64,000 nt of DNA, from the NCBI RefSeq assembly GCF_009834535.1, contig NC_045696.1:25980001-26044000 (forward strand). The letters run 5' to 3'. Below are positions 62,505-64,000 of this stretch, piece by piece (position 1 is the stretch's first letter; every line of letters starts with the position of its first letter). A program made the translations under genes and the position numbers. Source of the stretch: Camelus ferus (Eukaryota). The notes under the pieces are model-generated. The model ran no database searches. It saw nothing but the letters and a program-made list of their open reading frames with translations, and was not told where the DNA came from.

Positions 62505-64000
62505 TTTTTTTTTTTAACATTTTTTATTGATTTATAATCATTTTACAATGTTGTGTCAAATTCCAGTGTTCAGCACAATTTTTCAGTTATTCATGGACAT
62601 ATACACACTCATTGTCACATTTTTTTCTCTGTGAGTTATCATAACATTTTGTGTATATTTCCCTGTGCTATACAGTGTAGTCTATTCTACAATTTTGAAA
62701 TCCCAGTCTATCCCTTCCCACCCTCCACCCCCCTGGTAACCACAAGTCTGTATTCTCTGTCTGTGAGTCTATTTCTGTCCTTTATTTACACTTTGTTTTT
62801 GTTTGTTTGTTTTTGTTTTTGTTTTTGTTTTTTAGATTCCACATATGAGCGATCTCATATGGTATTTTTCTTTTTCTTTCTGGCTTACTTCACTTAGAAT
62901 GACATTCTCCAGGAGCATCCATGTTGCTGCAAATGGCATTATGTTGTCGGTTTTTATGGCTGAGTAGTATTCCATTGTATAAATATACCACCTCTTCTTT
63001 ATCCAGTCACCTGTTGATGGACATTTAGGCTGTTTCCATGTTTTGGCTATTGTAAATAGTGCTGCTATGAACATTGGGGTGCAGGTGTCATCCTGAAGTA
63101 GATTTCCTTCTGGATACAAGCCCAGGAGTGGGATTCCTGGGTCATATGGTAAGTCTATTCCTAGTCTTTTGAGGAATCTCCACACTGTTTTCCATAGTGG
63201 CTGCACCAAACTGCATTCCCACCGGCAGTGTAGGAGGGTTCCCCTTTCTCCACAGCCTCTCCAGCATTTGTCATTTGTGGATTTTTGAATGATGGCCATT
63301 CTGACTGGTGTGAGGTGATACCTCATTGTAGTTTTGATTTGCATTTCTCTGATAATTAGTGATATTGAGCATTTTTTCATGTGCTTTTTGATCATTTGCA
63401 TGTCTTCCTTGGAGAATTGCTTGTTTAGGTCTTCTGCCCATTTTTGGATTGGGTTGTTTATTTTTTTCTTATTGAGTCGTATGAGCTGCTTATATATTCT
63501 GGAGATCAAGCCTTTGTCGGTTTCACTTGCAAAAATTTTCTCCCATTCCGTAGGTTTTCTTCTTGTTTTATTTCTGGTTTCCTTTGCTGTGCAGAAGCTT
63601 GTAAGTTTCATTAGGTCCCATTTGTTTATTCTTGCTTTTATTTCTTCTAGGAGAAAATTTTTGAAATGTATGTCAGATAATGTTTTGCCTATGTTTTCCT
63701 CTAGGAGGTTTATTGTATCTTGTCTTATGTTTAAGTCTTTAATCCATTTTGAGTTGATTTTTGTATATGGTGTAAGGGAGTGTTCTAGCTTCATTGTTTT
63801 ACATGCTGCTGTCCAGTTTTCCCAACACCATTTGCTGAAGAGACTGTCTTTATTCCATTGTATATTCTTGCCTCCTTTGTCGAAGATGAGTTGACCAAAA
63901 GTTGGTGGGTTCATTTCTGGGCTCTCTATTCTGTTCCATTGGTCTATATGTCTGTTTTGGTACCAATACCATGCTGTCTTGATGACTGTAGCTCTATAGT
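62505..64000 (-). mobile_element. Young LINE-1, 3' 1.5 kb; continues beyond the window
   Basis: Poly-T at 62505-62515, then the same 3' UTR as the other two copies and an uninterrupted ORF2 C-terminus. Confidence 0.97.
62832..63998 (-). CDS. L1 ORF2p C-terminal region, open to the window edge (partial)
   Basis: The frame is open from the edge ([31 protein letters not shown]...) to the natural end (...SLICGI*), with an intact [18 protein letters not shown] (CX3CX7HX4C) motif. Confidence 0.85.
   Translation of the reverse strand, partial: YRATVIKTAWYWYQNRHIDQWNRIESPEMNPPTFGQLIFDKGGKNIQWNKDSLFSKWCWENWTAACKTMKLEHSLTPYTKINSKWIKDLNIRQDTINLLEENIGKTLSDIHFKNFLLEEIKARINKWDLMKLTSFCTAKETRNKTRRKPTEWEKIFASETDKGLISRIYKQLIRLNKKKINNPIQKWAEDLNKQFSKEDMQMIKKHMKKCSISLIIREMQIKTTMRYHLTPVRMAIIQKSTNDKCWRGCGERGTLLHCRWECSLVQPLWKTVWRFLKRLGIDLPYDPGIPLLGLYPEGNLLQDDTCTPMFIAALFTIAKTWKQPKCPSTGDWIKKRWYIYTMEYYSAIKTDNIMPFAATWMLLENVILSEVSQKEKEKYHMRSLICGI

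Noticed and set aside
1..64000. CRISPR arrays, prokaryotic systems, rRNA, snRNA, Y RNA, known miRNAs, processed pseudogenes, numts
   Set aside because: The sequence is mammalian, and I saw no spaced repeat array or match to such RNAs or genes by eye. An Rfam/BLAST search would be needed to exclude diverged copies.

Overview
AT-rich mammalian genomic DNA, very probably camelid (alpaca, vicuna or camel), judged from two tRNA-Ala-derived vic-1-type SINEs and a shared young LINE-1 family. It reads as deep intronic or intergenic sequence. I cannot recognise any host protein-coding exon, and the only ORFs with recognisable products are LINE-1 ORF1/ORF2 pieces. The window holds three young L1 copies, several ancient L1M/L2/L3/MIR fragments, two MaLR solo LTRs (MLT1B-like, MLT1D-like), hAT-Charlie MITEs (MER20, MER33, MER5A-like) and microsatellites. 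Two things stand out. (1) A 2.9-kb L1 at 56442-59314 (-) has both ends, an exact 14-bp TSD and ORF1 with a single stop, but lacks nearly all of ORF2. Its junction resembles a splice (half-L1 or spliced-L1-like). (2) A candidate minus-strand TATA/TEAD promoter and ~610-nt first exon at 34.07-34.79 kb sits in a repeat-poor, CpG-enriched block and suggests an unidentified transcript running leftward. Repeat family names come from my memory of consensus sequences, not from a search, and the boundaries of old repeats are approximate. Nothing here proves a novel biological system.
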